From the NCBI GenBank assembly GCA_028712375.1, contig JAQTQG010000002.1:8032-72031 (forward strand): 64,000 nucleotides of DNA, given 5' to 3'. How positions within the stretch are numbered: the first letter of the stretch is position 1; every line of letters begins with the position of its first letter. The notes below the pieces were generated by a model. That model saw only the letters and a program-made list of their open reading frames with translations. It was not told the DNA's origin and ran no database searches. Position numbers and translations under genes: made by a program. The stretch is from Candidatus Omnitrophota bacterium (GTDB taxonomy: Bacteria > Omnitrophota > Gorgyraeia > Gygaellales > Profunditerraquicolaceae). Of this stretch, positions 8,412 through 18,391 are shown in pieces.

Positions 8412-9127
8412 TATAACAATATGTCTCCAACTAATTTCCTTTGCATAGTAAAAAGCTCTTCAATGCCTTTTTTAGCTAAATCCAGCATCGTATCCATTTT
8501 CTCTTTAGAAAAAGGCTTGCGTTCCGCGGTCCCCTGGATTTCGATAAACTCTCCGGCGCCGGTCATAATCACATTCATATCCACTTCGGCTTTGGAATCT
8601 TCCTCATAACATAAATCCAGAATCAGCGTATTATTCAATATCCCGACGCTAGTGGCAGCGATGTAATCCTGTACAGGAATTTTAGTGATCTTACCGTCTT
8701 TTTTAAGCTTCTGCAGAGCATCCACCAGAGCAATAAAACTGCCGGTAATTGCCGCCGTGCGCGTGCCGCCATCTCCCTGGATAACATCACAGTCCAGCCA
8801 AATCGTACGCTCTCCTATCTGCTTCATATCGGTAACCGACCGCAAGGATCTGCCGATTAAACGCTGAATTTCAAAAGTACGCCCGGAATCTTTCCCTCTG
8901 GGGATACGTGTTCCGCATGAACGGGGAAGCATCCCATATTCAGCAGTCACCCAACCCGTACCGGAATTCCTTAAAAATGGCGGGACAGTTTCTTCTACCG
9001 AAGCAGTACAGATTACTTTAGTATTGCCTAATTCAATCAGACAGCTGCCTTCGGGGTATTTAATATAATTCCTGGTGATTGTAACCTTTCTCAACTTATC
9101 ATTGCCGCGCCCGTCAATCCTGACCAT
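8411..9127 (-). CDS. rph: Ribonuclease PH
   Basis: [44 protein letters not shown]. The start is placed at MVRIDGR; the ORF track offers an upstream Met at 9151. Confidence 0.85.
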
Positions 9128-9641
9128 AAAGATTACCTCCGTTAACATCAATTGCTACAATCAAAGGAAAATTTTCTACTTCCAATTTGACAATTGCCTC
9201 CGGGCCTAAATCAGCATAAGCAACTGTTTTTACGCTCTTCACATATTTACTTAAAAGAGCCCCGCAACCGGCATAAGTAACAAAATAAATCCCTTTATGT
9301 TTTTTAACCGCCTCGGCCACTTCCGGCCCGCGGCTACCCTTACCGATCATTCCTCTTAAACCTTTAGCTAAGATCAAACCAGCGAATGCATCCATACGCG
9401 AACTTGTGGTTGGCCCGCAGGAACCAATTATTTTCCCCCGGGGAGTTTGTGTCGGCCCGCAATAATAAATAACCGCATTCCGAAGATCAAAAGGCAAAGC
9501 CTTGCGTTCTTTAATCGCCTGAACCAGCCTCTTATGCGCCTGATCCCGGGCAGTATATACTGATCCACTTAAAAAAACTTCCTGGCCCGCTTTTAAAGAC
9601 TTAACCTGATCCCAATTTAAAGGAGCCGTTATTTTTCTCAT
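9114..9641 (-). CDS. fumB: Class I fumarate hydratase / Fe-S hydro-lyase, beta subunit
   Basis: C-terminal catalytic domain of the class I fumarase/tartrate dehydratase family. Paired with the alpha subunit upstream. Confidence 0.8.
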   Translation of the reverse strand: MRKITAPLNWDQVKSLKAGQEVFLSGSVYTARDQAHKRLVQAIKERKALPFDLRNAVIYYCGPTQTPRGKIIGSCGPTTSSRMDAFAGLILAKGLRGMIGKGSRGPEVAEAVKKHKGIYFVTYAGCGALLSKYVKSVKTVAYADLGPEAIVKLEVENFPLIVAIDVNGGNLYGQD

Positions 9642-10459
9642 AGCACCGCTTCCGCAATTCTTAACGCATGACAGCTGATGTTAACACTCACCGGCAACCC
9701 GGCAATATGCGTCGGATAAGTCAAGATTTTTACCGCCAATGCCGTAGTTTTTCCGCCCAACCCCATCGGGCCGATTCCAGTTGCATTAATCTGTTTTAAC
9801 AAATCTTTTTCCAGTGGCGAACGTTTAACCCCCAAACTGGCTAATAATGCTTTTTTCGCCAGAATTCCGGAATAGTCAGCTGAGCCTCCGATACCGACAC
9901 CGACAAAATACGGCGGACAGGCATCCGGCCCGGCATTTTTTACCGCACCGACAATAAAATCCTTTATTTCCTGCAAGCTGGCAGTCGGTTTAAACATTTT
10001 CAGCTGTGATTTATTTTCACAGCCAAAACCTTTGGGTAACAGGACTAGTTTTAACTTATCCCCGGGAACGATATCTATATGTATAATGCAGGGAGAAAAT
10101 CCGGATTTACTTCTATGCAACGGATCGATAACAATAGAATTTCTCAAGCTATATTTTTTATACCCTTCTTCTATGCCTTTATTAATCGCGGATTTCAAGT
10201 TTCCGGATATTTTCAGGTCCTGGCCGATTTCCACAAATACCACCGGCATTCCCGTATCCTGGCAGATTGCCAAATTTTCCTTTTTAGCATAAGCAGCATT
10301 ATCCAACACTGCTTTAAGAATAGTTCTGGCCCGACTGTTCTTTTCAGACCGATAAGCTCTATGTAAAGCCGACAAAACATCTTTAGGCAGTAAAAAATTT
10401 GCCTGTTTCACCAAAACTATCACTGCCTGGATTATGCTTGCCGCTTTTATTTTTCTCAT
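9638..10459 (-). CDS. fumA: Class I fumarate hydratase / Fe-S hydro-lyase, alpha subunit
   Basis: N-terminal domain of the class I Fe-S hydro-lyase family. Translationally coupled to the beta subunit. Confidence 0.8.
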   Translation of the reverse strand: MRKIKAASIIQAVIVLVKQANFLLPKDVLSALHRAYRSEKNSRARTILKAVLDNAAYAKKENLAICQDTGMPVVFVEIGQDLKISGNLKSAINKGIEEGYKKYSLRNSIVIDPLHRSKSGFSPCIIHIDIVPGDKLKLVLLPKGFGCENKSQLKMFKPTASLQEIKDFIVGAVKNAGPDACPPYFVGVGIGGSADYSGILAKKALLASLGVKRSPLEKDLLKQINATGIGPMGLGGKTTALAVKILTYPTHIAGLPVSVNISCHALRIAEAVL

Positions 10460-10887
10460 CTACTTCTGTACTCCGCCGACACAGTAGTCGTTATGCCTCC
10501 GCGGGGATTAAAAATCCCCGTAATCTTTACCCAGCGCGGTTTCACTGCAGTCACAAAATCATCCAGTATTTTATTAATCAGATGCTCATGAAAAATCCCC
10601 AGATTACGAAAAGATATAGTATAGAGTTTGAAAGATTTCAACTCCACGCAGAATTTACGCGGAGAATATTCTATCCGGATAACCGCAAAATCCGGCAAGC
10701 CGGTTTTAGGGCAAATACAAGTAAACTCCGGGATATCCAGGTTAATTGCATAAACCTTATCCGCATATTGGTTTTGCCAAACTTCAATCTCCGGCGTATT
10801 CAACTTCCGGACGTTATTTTGTAAACCTTCATAGCTGGATTCTCCACTACGTATTTTAGCGGACGTTTTTATTGATTTATTTTTCAT
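10456..10887 (-). CDS. queF: NADPH-dependent 7-cyano-7-deazaguanine (preQ0) reductase QueF
   Basis: Catalytic Cys motif FTCICPKTGLPDF and the QueF signature ELKSFKLY. Confidence 0.9.
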   Translation of the reverse strand: MKNKSIKTSAKIRSGESSYEGLQNNVRKLNTPEIEVWQNQYADKVYAINLDIPEFTCICPKTGLPDFAVIRIEYSPRKFCVELKSFKLYTISFRNLGIFHEHLINKILDDFVTAVKPRWVKITGIFNPRGGITTTVSAEYRSR

Positions 10888-11555
10888 TTTAACCCCATTG
10901 TTTTATGGATCTGGGGGATAACACAAGTGGTAACCCCCTCCTGGCTGGCAATTTCTTTAAAGTTCTTCATTTTTTCAAGTAAAACCGCTTGATTCTCGTA
11001 ACTATTCGGCTGTAAAACTAAAACACTGGAAGGGCTTATTTCTTTAATGATTGCCAAAGCCTCCTTCAAATCCTCTTCATAGGTCGCCTGACAGATAATT
11101 GCTTTAAGAAACACTTCTTTTTTAGAAGCAACTTTTAAAAATTTCCGGTGTAATTGCCAAAGATTACCCATTCCGGAAGAACTGGGAAATTTCAGATCCA
11201 TAGCGATAATATCAATATGATCAATTAATTTCTCCAGCTCAAAAAACAGGGTTCCGTTTGTTTCCAGGTAGTGCCGGTGGCCGTGGCCGCTGGTAAGCGC
11301 AATAATCTTCTTCAGAAAATCCGCATAAAGAAGCGGCTCACCTCCGGTAAAAGAAATAGAATGATATTTGTCACGGTAAAGGCAGATCTCTTCAAAAAGT
11401 TCATCCGGATCATATTCTGTGAACCGGTCCAGCTTAGTATCACAATAAATACAGCTGAGGTTGCAATCAAAAAAACGCACAAAAATCTGCTTCTCCCCTA
11501 AATACAGGCCTTCACCCTGCACGCTATCGAATACCTCGGAAATCCTGGCTTTCAC
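10884..11555 (-). CDS. queE: 7-carboxy-7-deazaguanine synthase QueE (radical SAM)
   Basis: CNLSCIYCDTK radical-SAM-like cluster motif. ~220 aa, inside the que operon. Confidence 0.85.
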   Translation of the reverse strand: MKARISEVFDSVQGEGLYLGEKQIFVRFFDCNLSCIYCDTKLDRFTEYDPDELFEEICLYRDKYHSISFTGGEPLLYADFLKKIIALTSGHGHRHYLETNGTLFFELEKLIDHIDIIAMDLKFPSSSGMGNLWQLHRKFLKVASKKEVFLKAIICQATYEEDLKEALAIIKEISPSSVLVLQPNSYENQAVLLEKMKNFKEIASQEGVTTCVIPQIHKTMGLK

Positions 11556-11631
11556 CCCGCCCCTTCTTTCTTATTTAGTTTATTTAACCGGACAGCTTTA
11601 GAAATCAAACATTTAGCAGGAACAGGGTTCA

Positions 11632-12291
11632 TCAATTAATTAACGGATCCGTCAAACCCGCCTCCTCAAAACCTTTAGCCCGGTAATAACAACTATCGCA
11701 TTCCTGACACGGTTTTACGCTTGCCCGATAGCATGACCGGGTAAGGTTAAATGGCACGCCAAGCTTATTACCCAAACGAATAATCTGCGATTTATTTTTA
11801 TTTAACAGGGGAGCCACTATCTTAATTTTATTTTTAGTAGCCAGCCCGACTTTAGCCATTTTCCTGAAAGCTTCAAAAAACTCCTCGCGGCAATCCGGAT
11901 ACCCGGAATAATCCTGCGCGTGCGCACCGATAAAAATCGCCTGCGCTTTAATCACTTCTGCCAATGATAAAGCAAAACTTAAAAATATAATATTGCGCGC
12001 CGGCACATAAGTAGCCGGAACTCCTGGGGTAATTTTCTTGGGAACCTTCATCTTTTCATCCAGCAGCGCAGACCCTTTCCAAGGAAATGCTATCTTTAAA
12101 ATTCTATATACGCAATTGCTGGCCCGGGCAATTTTTACTGCACAAGCTACCTCCTGCTTATGCCTTTGCCCATAGTCGAAAATTAAAACCTGGCATTTAT
12201 ACCCTTTGGCTTTGGCTAAGTACAAAACCGTAGCTGAATCCAGCCCGCCGGACAAAAGCACTACCGCAGTCTTTAAAATTTTATTCTTCAC
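11632..12291 (-). CDS. queC: 7-cyano-7-deazaguanine synthase QueC
   Basis: PP-loop VVLLSGGLDS and a C-terminal Cys cluster (CQECDSC). Confidence 0.9.
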   Translation of the reverse strand: MKNKILKTAVVLLSGGLDSATVLYLAKAKGYKCQVLIFDYGQRHKQEVACAVKIARASNCVYRILKIAFPWKGSALLDEKMKVPKKITPGVPATYVPARNIIFLSFALSLAEVIKAQAIFIGAHAQDYSGYPDCREEFFEAFRKMAKVGLATKNKIKIVAPLLNKNKSQIIRLGNKLGVPFNLTRSCYRASVKPCQECDSCYYRAKGFEEAGLTDPLIN

Positions 12292-12347
12292 CTTGCACCT
12301 TATTTTATATTTAGTCCATTAACCCGATAACCTTAATAATCGAATAA

Positions 12348-12764
12348 TTAGAAGGTGCCGGGTTCATAGGTAGCGCTGCTTGTACTATTCTCCCAGACCG
12401 TTACACAACTTAATAGTGGTATAACGGGCTTGAGCTGATCATAGATATATTTAGCAATATTTTCAGAGGTCGGATTTATTTTTTTACCGCCGGATACGGA
12501 TCCCCGCCTGACCGGCGGGCAGGCGCCTTTAACGGAAAAATATGGGATATGGTTAAGATATTTATGGTCCATCTTTTCCAAACAAGCATTTAATTTTTTC
12601 TTCAGGAATTTGAAATCCAAAACCATTCCAATTTTATCTAATTCACCAGACCTGGCCATTATTTCCACCACCCAATTATGGCCATGCAAATCTTCGCATT
12701 TGCCTTTGTAACCCCTTAAATTATGCGCGGAGCTAAACGTCCCCTGCACTTTTAAACTATACAT
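12348..12764 (-). CDS. queD: 6-carboxy-5,6,7,8-tetrahydropterin synthase QueD
   Basis: PTPS family: CEDLHGHNW ... a second His motif. Confidence 0.85.
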   Translation of the reverse strand: MYSLKVQGTFSSAHNLRGYKGKCEDLHGHNWVVEIMARSGELDKIGMVLDFKFLKKKLNACLEKMDHKYLNHIPYFSVKGACPPVRRGSVSGGKKINPTSENIAKYIYDQLKPVIPLLSCVTVWENSTSSATYEPGTF

Positions 12765-13548
12765 TATCCACCTTCCTCACGTTCATTAATTTTACCCCCA
12801 TGAATCTTTGCGCTAATGAACTAAACCATTCAGGGTTATCGCTGACATAGAACCGATGCTTACCGCCTTTTCCACGATTAAGTAAATCTTCACTGGCCAG
12901 GATCTTCTTTATTTCAAAAGCCACCTGTTTGGCAGAATCAATCAAGATAACATTCTTCCCCAGGACTTCCTGAATCACCGGCTTAAGTAAAGGATAATGC
13001 GTACAGCCTAAAATTACTGTATCTACGCCAGCCTGGCGCAGCGGTTTTAAATATTGCCTGGCCACGCTTAAAACTACCTCTCCGGAAAGCCAGCCCTCCT
13101 CCACAAAAGGAACAAATAAAGGACAGGCCACCGCCGTTACTTTAACCTTAGGATCAAGCTGCTTAATTTCGGTTTCATATGTACGGCTCTTAACCGTTCC
13201 ATTAGTCCCGATCACTCCAATCCGCTTATTTTGTGAAGCATAAACTGCTTCTCTGGCTCCGGGAGTAATTACGCCGATAATCGGGACGCGAAAGTTATTC
13301 CTAATCACCGGAAGCGCGAAACTGGATGCGGTATTACAAGCAACACAAATCAGCTTAACATCCTGCTTTAATAAAAATAAAATATTCTCGATAGAAAAAC
13401 GGATTACGGTTTGGGGCGACTTAATCCCGTAAGGAACGCGGGCAGTGTCGCCAAAATAAACTATGTTTTCACCAGGCAGCTGGCGGATTATTTCCCTGGC
13501 CACTGTAAGCCCGCCTACACCGGAATCAAAAACACCGATTGCACCCAT
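12757..13548 (-). CDS. murI: Glutamate racemase
   Basis: VFDSGVGGLTV ... ILGCTHYP. Confidence 0.9.
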   Translation of the reverse strand: MGAIGVFDSGVGGLTVAREIIRQLPGENIVYFGDTARVPYGIKSPQTVIRFSIENILFLLKQDVKLICVACNTASSFALPVIRNNFRVPIIGVITPGAREAVYASQNKRIGVIGTNGTVKSRTYETEIKQLDPKVKVTAVACPLFVPFVEEGWLSGEVVLSVARQYLKPLRQAGVDTVILGCTHYPLLKPVIQEVLGKNVILIDSAKQVAFEIKKILASEDLLNRGKGGKHRFYVSDNPEWFSSLAQRFMGVKLMNVRKVDNV

Positions 13549-13615
13549 TAAACACCTTCTTTCTTATTCTTGGCTAAACTTTATATTTTAAAAACTTAGC
13601 TACACAAAGGACAGG

Positions 13616-14698
13616 CTATTTTGAGGCCATCTCTACTAAAGCCATCTCCTGAGAATAATCCCGAATCCCTTCTAATATTCCGACAGCTAACTTTTCACGG
13701 TAGGCAGATGTCTTTAACAGCCTTTCTTCATGAAGATTGGAAACAAAACCCACCTCAATCAACGCCCCCGGCATAGTAATCCCTTTTAAAACCTGAAAAC
13801 GTGCATTTTTTACACCCAGGATGTCAGCATCAATACTGGAATCCATAATCTTACACAAAGAACGCGATAACTCAATTGATTCTGCGCGGCTATTCGTATA
13901 AATCATATCCCAGATAATTGTCTTTAACTCCTGAGAATTACTGGCAAAATCAGCATCCTTTAAATTCAATGCGGTAGTCCTGGCAGTAAGCATAGCCCTC
14001 TTGGAGTCGCTTACACTGGGAGCAACATAAAAAACTTCAAACCCGCATAAAGCACGTGAACGAGCCGCATTAGAATGGATACTGATAAACAAGTCTGCTT
14101 TTGCACGATTAGCAATACTGACTCGCGTCGAAAGAGGCACAAATTTATCCGTCGAACGGGTAAGCATCGTTTGCACGCCTTCGGCTTTTAGCAGGCTGCT
14201 TAATCTTTTGGCAATATCCAGATTTATGTCCTTTTCCCGCAAACCGCTCTTGCCAATAGCTCCGGGATCGGTTCCCCCATGCCCGGGATCAATCACTACC
14301 TTGTTTAATTTTATTTTGCCGATTCCGGCGCGGCGATGGGCTAAAACATCCTTCCTGAATAAAATATCAAAAACCTGTTCTTTATATTGACGGGGGACGG
14401 CAATCGCGCCTTGCCAAATATCAACAGGATTATTCAAACGTAAAACATTATCATTTACCAATACCAAAGCATCGCCAACTCTTAAAGTTGAACGCTGCTG
14501 GTCTTTGGCTAAAGAAGCAATGCGGGTAAGCGGATCATACTGCATCGTAACCCCGCGCAGATCGCACAAAGTAGCCAGCGGATAATAAGTCACTCCGCCG
14601 ATAGAATAAGTAGCAATATTCTCGCCTACGGGAACAGTAGCGCAGCCACAGATGCAGAGCATAAACAAAACCAGCAAAATTTTTATTTTATTAACCAT
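13616..14698 (-). CDS. N-acetylmuramoyl-L-alanine amidase (Amidase_3, AmiC-like) with N-terminal signal/AMIN-like region
   Basis: VVIDPGHGGTDPGAIG and ISIHSNA motifs. Confidence 0.85.
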   Translation of the reverse strand: MVNKIKILLVLFMLCICGCATVPVGENIATYSIGGVTYYPLATLCDLRGVTMQYDPLTRIASLAKDQQRSTLRVGDALVLVNDNVLRLNNPVDIWQGAIAVPRQYKEQVFDILFRKDVLAHRRAGIGKIKLNKVVIDPGHGGTDPGAIGKSGLREKDINLDIAKRLSSLLKAEGVQTMLTRSTDKFVPLSTRVSIANRAKADLFISIHSNAARSRALCGFEVFYVAPSVSDSKRAMLTARTTALNLKDADFASNSQELKTIIWDMIYTNSRAESIELSRSLCKIMDSSIDADILGVKNARFQVLKGITMPGALIEVGFVSNLHEERLLKTSAYREKLAVGILEGIRDYSQEMALVEMASK

Positions 14699-14753
14699 AA
14701 ATTAAGTTTCATTTTTATAAGCAATAATTTTATTAAACCGGGTAGCGGACCCG

Positions 14754-14805
14754 CCAAAATTGAAAATTTTGGCGAGGTCTCACCATTTTTGCAAAGCAAA
14801 AATGG
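14754..14805 (-). terminator. Tandem hairpins immediately 3' of tmRNA (possible terminator/processing structures)
   Basis: CCATTTTTGC-aaa-GCAAAAATGG overlaps the tmRNA CCA end. GCCAAAATT-gaa-AATTTTGGC follows. No clean U-tract. Confidence 0.3.
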
Positions 14806-15209
14806 TGGAGGTGCGGGGAATCGGACCCCGGTCCTTAAGTAATCGCATAAAAGCCGCTACATGCTTAGCCTGATATTTTAATTCTTAACCTTGTAACTCC
14901 TACCCGGCAGGATTTACAAAGCGCAGCCTTTTCGATTTCGCCCCGGTTTGGAAGGCTAACCGCCGGAACTATCCTACTTGAGCCCTAATCTATCCCGTAG
15001 GCAGGACAGTCAGGGGCTTCGGGCTTAATTAAGTCCGAAGGCTGGTACGAACATCGGTTTAGCCGCAAAAGACGGCTGAACAAATGTTCCTAAACGTGAC
15101 ACTTGCGTGTTTGCGTTTGTATTGTGCAAGGATTGTTAACGCGGCTAACCGTGCGTCCGCGGCATGCTGCTCTTATCCGACATATCTTAAGTCGAACCCT
15201 TTCACCCCC
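14803..15209 (-). ncRNA. ssrA: tmRNA (ssrA)
   Basis: Minus-strand 5' end is GGGGGTGAAAGGGTTCGAC. The 3' end is tRNA-like, GGACCGGGGTCCGATTCCCCGCACCTCCACCA, with an encoded CCA. The acceptor pairs GGGGGTG/CACCTCC. It lies directly upstream of smpB. I could not assign the tag-peptide reading frame. Confidence 0.8.
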
Positions 15210-15239
15210 AAGTTTTCAAATAACAATATTTTAAGACGA

Positions 15240-15695
15240 TTATCCTCTGCGATTCTTAATTACCCGGCGCAATAATTTATCAGTCTCCCTGCGCTTAACA
15301 TCTTCCCGCTTATCATAAATCTTTTTACCCTTACAAAGCGCCAGTTCCACTTTGGCAAAACCCCGGTCATTAAAATAAATCTTTAACGGAATTAAAGTCA
15401 GGCCTTTTTGGGTAAGCTTGCCATTTATTCTTTGAATCTGCTTCTTATGCAAAAGCAACTTGCGCGGCCGGTCTGAATTAACATTTAAATAGCTGGCCTG
15501 CGCATAATGGCTGATGTGCGCGTTATATAAAAATATTTCCTGCCCCTCAAAACGGGCAAAACTATCATTCAGATTAACCCGGGCGTCACGTAAAGATTTT
15601 ACTTCCGAACCTTTTAATTCAATGCCGCTTTCCAAAGATTCCAGAACATCATAATCCCTGTATGCTTTACGGTTAGTGGCAATAATATTACTCAT
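15240..15695 (-). CDS. smpB: SsrA-binding protein SmpB
   Basis: Typical SmpB sequence (RKAYRDYDVLESLESGIELKGSEVKSLR ... HKKQIQR) and size. Confidence 0.9.
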   Translation of the reverse strand: MSNIIATNRKAYRDYDVLESLESGIELKGSEVKSLRDARVNLNDSFARFEGQEIFLYNAHISHYAQASYLNVNSDRPRKLLLHKKQIQRINGKLTQKGLTLIPLKIYFNDRGFAKVELALCKGKKIYDKREDVKRRETDKLLRRVIKNRRG

Positions 15696-16648
15696 TTTAG
15701 CACAACCCAGTATAAATATAAACTTAAAAATAATGGTATAGTAAATAAGCTGACGACGTGGCTAAAAAATACACCTTGACTAATCAGCACGTCAGGCCTG
15801 TTAAAACGGCGGATAATTACGGATAAAGAGGTCGCTGAAGGCATCGCCAGCTGCATGACTACCAGAAAACCCAATAAATACGGCAACCCAAGTTGCAACA
15901 CAATAAATATACCTAATGACGGCAGAATAATCAACTTACCCAGTAAAAATATTAAAGTGGCTTTTTTATCGATATTCTTTAGTTGCACTAAAGCTATATT
16001 GCCCCCCACTATCAACATTGCCAAAGGTAAAGTGCAATTACCTACCATCGATAATGGTTTAAATAAAACATCGGGAATAAACTTATTTAGGCCCAGCGCA
16101 ATCAATACCAGGCTGGATAAATTCGCAATTACCGGGGCGCTAAAGAGGCTCTGCGGCTTAAATTTAACCTGCTTATCATAAGTAAGCATATAAATTCCCA
16201 AAGACCAGGCGATCAGATCAAACCCCAGCAAAAACAAGAAAATATAAATAAAAGCATCATTGGCTTGCTGGCCGGTGAATATTGCGGCAACAATCGCCAA
16301 AGGAAGATAACCGGAATTCTGGAAAGCCACTAAACTTAAAAACTGCAGTTTATGCATCTTTAAACCTGAAAGTTTAAGCAAAAACCATCCTACCGCCAGG
16401 GCCGTAATAGTAATCATCAAACTCACTAACGGAAAAATCCACCAGGCAGGATAAAGGTTAAAGTCAAAATTCTTAAGCATCTGGGCAAGAATCAAAGCTG
16501 GAAAAATAATCTGAATCACTAAACGGCTTAAAGCATTTAAACCTTCGTGAGAAAGAATATTATTTTTAACAAGAATATAGCCCAAGCCGCCCAAAATCAG
16601 TATCTGCGCCATAGCTAAACCCGTAATTTTAAACTGTTCCAAAAACAT
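15692..16648 (-). CDS. AEC family transporter (auxin efflux carrier/malate permease family)
   Basis: ~10 TM helices and the AEC-family N-terminal pattern. Confidence 0.75.
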   Translation of the reverse strand: MFLEQFKITGLAMAQILILGGLGYILVKNNILSHEGLNALSRLVIQIIFPALILAQMLKNFDFNLYPAWWIFPLVSLMITITALAVGWFLLKLSGLKMHKLQFLSLVAFQNSGYLPLAIVAAIFTGQQANDAFIYIFLFLLGFDLIAWSLGIYMLTYDKQVKFKPQSLFSAPVIANLSSLVLIALGLNKFIPDVLFKPLSMVGNCTLPLAMLIVGGNIALVQLKNIDKKATLIFLLGKLIILPSLGIFIVLQLGLPYLLGFLVVMQLAMPSATSLSVIIRRFNRPDVLISQGVFFSHVVSLFTIPLFLSLYLYWVVLK

Positions 16649-16798
16649 TAGAACACCCCTTTTATAATTTATGGTGAACTATTATAACAGCAAAAAAACC
16701 TGCTCGCAATTCATTTAAAGCGAAAAAACAGGTTTTTCCATATTTTGAAAACTAGGCCAAAAATAAATAAGCCCTCTATTTTTCTATTTTTTAACCGG

Positions 16799-16827
16799 TT
16801 GACAGGACAGAACGGCTAAGATATACT
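16799..16827 (+). promoter_or_regulatory. Sigma70-like promoter for the tRNA-Leu transcript (TTGACA-17-TATACT)
   Basis: Consensus -35 and -10 hexamers with 17-nt spacing, ~180 nt upstream of tRNA-Leu. Confidence 0.5.
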
Positions 16828-16896
16828 TAAAGAATTGTAAATTCCCCACAGCTATTACGGGGGATTGACCCTTGATCTCTCTAATGTTCAATCGGG

Positions 16897-17005
16897 GACT
16901 GCGCTAGATAAAAACTATAAGGTGCTTGATTTAACAGAGTGCTTGCCCTTGCTCGCTAACGCTCGCAAGGACTACGCTAGATAAAAACTATAAGGTGCTT
17001 GATTT
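16897..17005. repeat. 37-nt tandem direct repeat (ggact[g/a]cgctagataaaaactataaggtgcttgattt) flanking a CCTTGC...GCAAGG family hairpin; forms the tRNA-Leu leader
   Basis: DR1 16897-16933 and DR2 16969-17005 differ by 1 mismatch. The hairpin cccttgctcgctaacgctcgcaagga lies at 16946-16972. Confidence 0.75.
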
Positions 17006-17086
17006 GCGGGAGTGGCGGAATGGCATACGCGCACGTCTCAGAAGCGTGTGGGGCAACCCTTGAGGGTTCAACTCCCTCCTCCCGCA
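17006..17086 (+). tRNA. tRNA-Leu (anticodon CAG), long variable arm
   Basis: GCGGGAGTGGCGGAATGGCATACGCGCACGTCTCAGAAGCGTGTGGGGCAACCCTTGAGGGTTCAACTCCCTCCTCCCGCA. Acceptor GCGGGAG/CTCCCGC, T-arm GAGGGTTCAACTCCCTC. Confidence 0.85.
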
Positions 17087-17215
17087 TTAAAATCTCATGA
17101 GGAGGGACTCCTCCCGCATAAAGATCATGAAGAAGAATTTCCGCTTCATCAACTGCTCTTGCGCTAAATTCAAAACTTACTTAAATACTAAATTCCTTCT
17201 TTAACCAATTGACAA

Positions 17216-18391
17216 TCAAAGATACTCGACGGTAACCAGTTTCCCCATTTTTTTAAGCTTATCGATAATCTTCTGAATAATCGCCACCCGCGGCAAAACC
17301 CCCATTTGGCGAAAAACAATATTCTGATATCCCGGATTAGCGGCAGTACCAACTAACAGATTCACTGCATCCACCGAACGCAAAAACATACAAAGACTAG
17401 AAACACAAGAATCAGCCTCATAAGAACCGGGGTCTTCTTCAAGGATATTATAAACCTGATTTAAAGTTAAAACGCCTTCGGTAACCAGATCGATACCGGA
17501 AACTTCATACTGCGGCGGTTTATAATAAGCATCGGAAATCGCCTTAGTTTTAACCGATACACCTAAAAACTTAGCAACAATATCTGCGGTTGTAGAACCA
17601 CAAATAATTTTAATCCCGGGCAAATACATAAAATGTTCTACAGTCTTTTGATCGAACTGACGGTCTGCCGGCGGCCCGGTAAGAATATGCGCTGTTTTTG
17701 TTTTGCGGCATTGCAGAAGAACCACCGTAGAATCATCACCATAGGTCGGCCCGGAATACTGACGCACTTTCTCGATAATCATCTGCGGCAGCATCTCTAC
17801 TGACATCCCTTGAGCAAGAGCGGAACGGATAAACTCCTCCACCCCTTCTTCCCTCCAGCCCAACCGGAAAGTCGAACCCATTCCGGCCTGAGACACCCCA
17901 TCGCTGAATAGAAGCAAAGAATTATGCGTATGCAAATAAAAATGCGCCTCCGCAATCACCTCATTACCCAAAGCAATAAAACGCGGCTGGACTATCGAAG
18001 CAGCCATCTGCCCGATAATTATCGGGGCCGGCATTTCATATGCAGTTACCGTGGTATGCCCATCATTCAGAATCCGGCAGACACAAAACGCAGAAAACGG
18101 AATATCCTGCGTACGGGCAGCGTGCATAGTCATCGCAACTTTAGCCGATGCCTGGCGCAATGAAAAACCGAGCCGTAATAATTCCATCAAACGATTAGCC
18201 GCCATTACCGCAGCGATATGCGCCCTCACACCGCTGCCGATACCATCGCAAAGAATTACCGTTGTAGCTTCTTCAGTGCGTTCAGAAAGCAGATAATCCC
18301 CGCACACAGGCGCGGTGGATTTATTCACCTGGGCAACGGTAATCCCGATATACTTTTTAGAGTTCTGCGGCCTTATCTTCACCATCTTCAT
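17216..18391 (-). CDS. PP2C-type Ser/Thr phosphatase (SpoIIE/RsbU-like) with an uncharacterised C-terminal domain; co-transcribed with the sensory hydrogenase
   Basis: N-terminal PPM motifs (ILCDGIGSGVRAHIAAVMAANRL ... FSDGVSQAG ... YGDDSTVVLL). It overlaps the 3' end of the HydS-like gene by 35 nt. Confidence 0.7.
   Translation of the reverse strand: MKMVKIRPQNSKKYIGITVAQVNKSTAPVCGDYLLSERTEEATTVILCDGIGSGVRAHIAAVMAANRLMELLRLGFSLRQASAKVAMTMHAARTQDIPFSAFCVCRILNDGHTTVTAYEMPAPIIIGQMAASIVQPRFIALGNEVIAEAHFYLHTHNSLLLFSDGVSQAGMGSTFRLGWREEGVEEFIRSALAQGMSVEMLPQMIIEKVRQYSGPTYGDDSTVVLLQCRKTKTAHILTGPPADRQFDQKTVEHFMYLPGIKIICGSTTADIVAKFLGVSVKTKAISDAYYKPPQYEVSGIDLVTEGVLTLNQVYNILEEDPGSYEADSCVSSLCMFLRSVDAVNLLVGTAANPGYQNIVFRQMGVLPRVAIIQKIIDKLKKMGKLVTVEYL

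Noticed and set aside
15084-15275. 63-aa plus-strand ORF inside the tmRNA gene.
   Set aside because: It overlaps the ssrA RNA on the opposite strand.
17087-17215. Region after tRNA-Leu as a missing Ser-kinase gene for the HydS/PP2C module.
   Set aside because: Only ~130 nt with no ORF. It contains a terminator-like hairpin and the partial tRNA 3' duplication.
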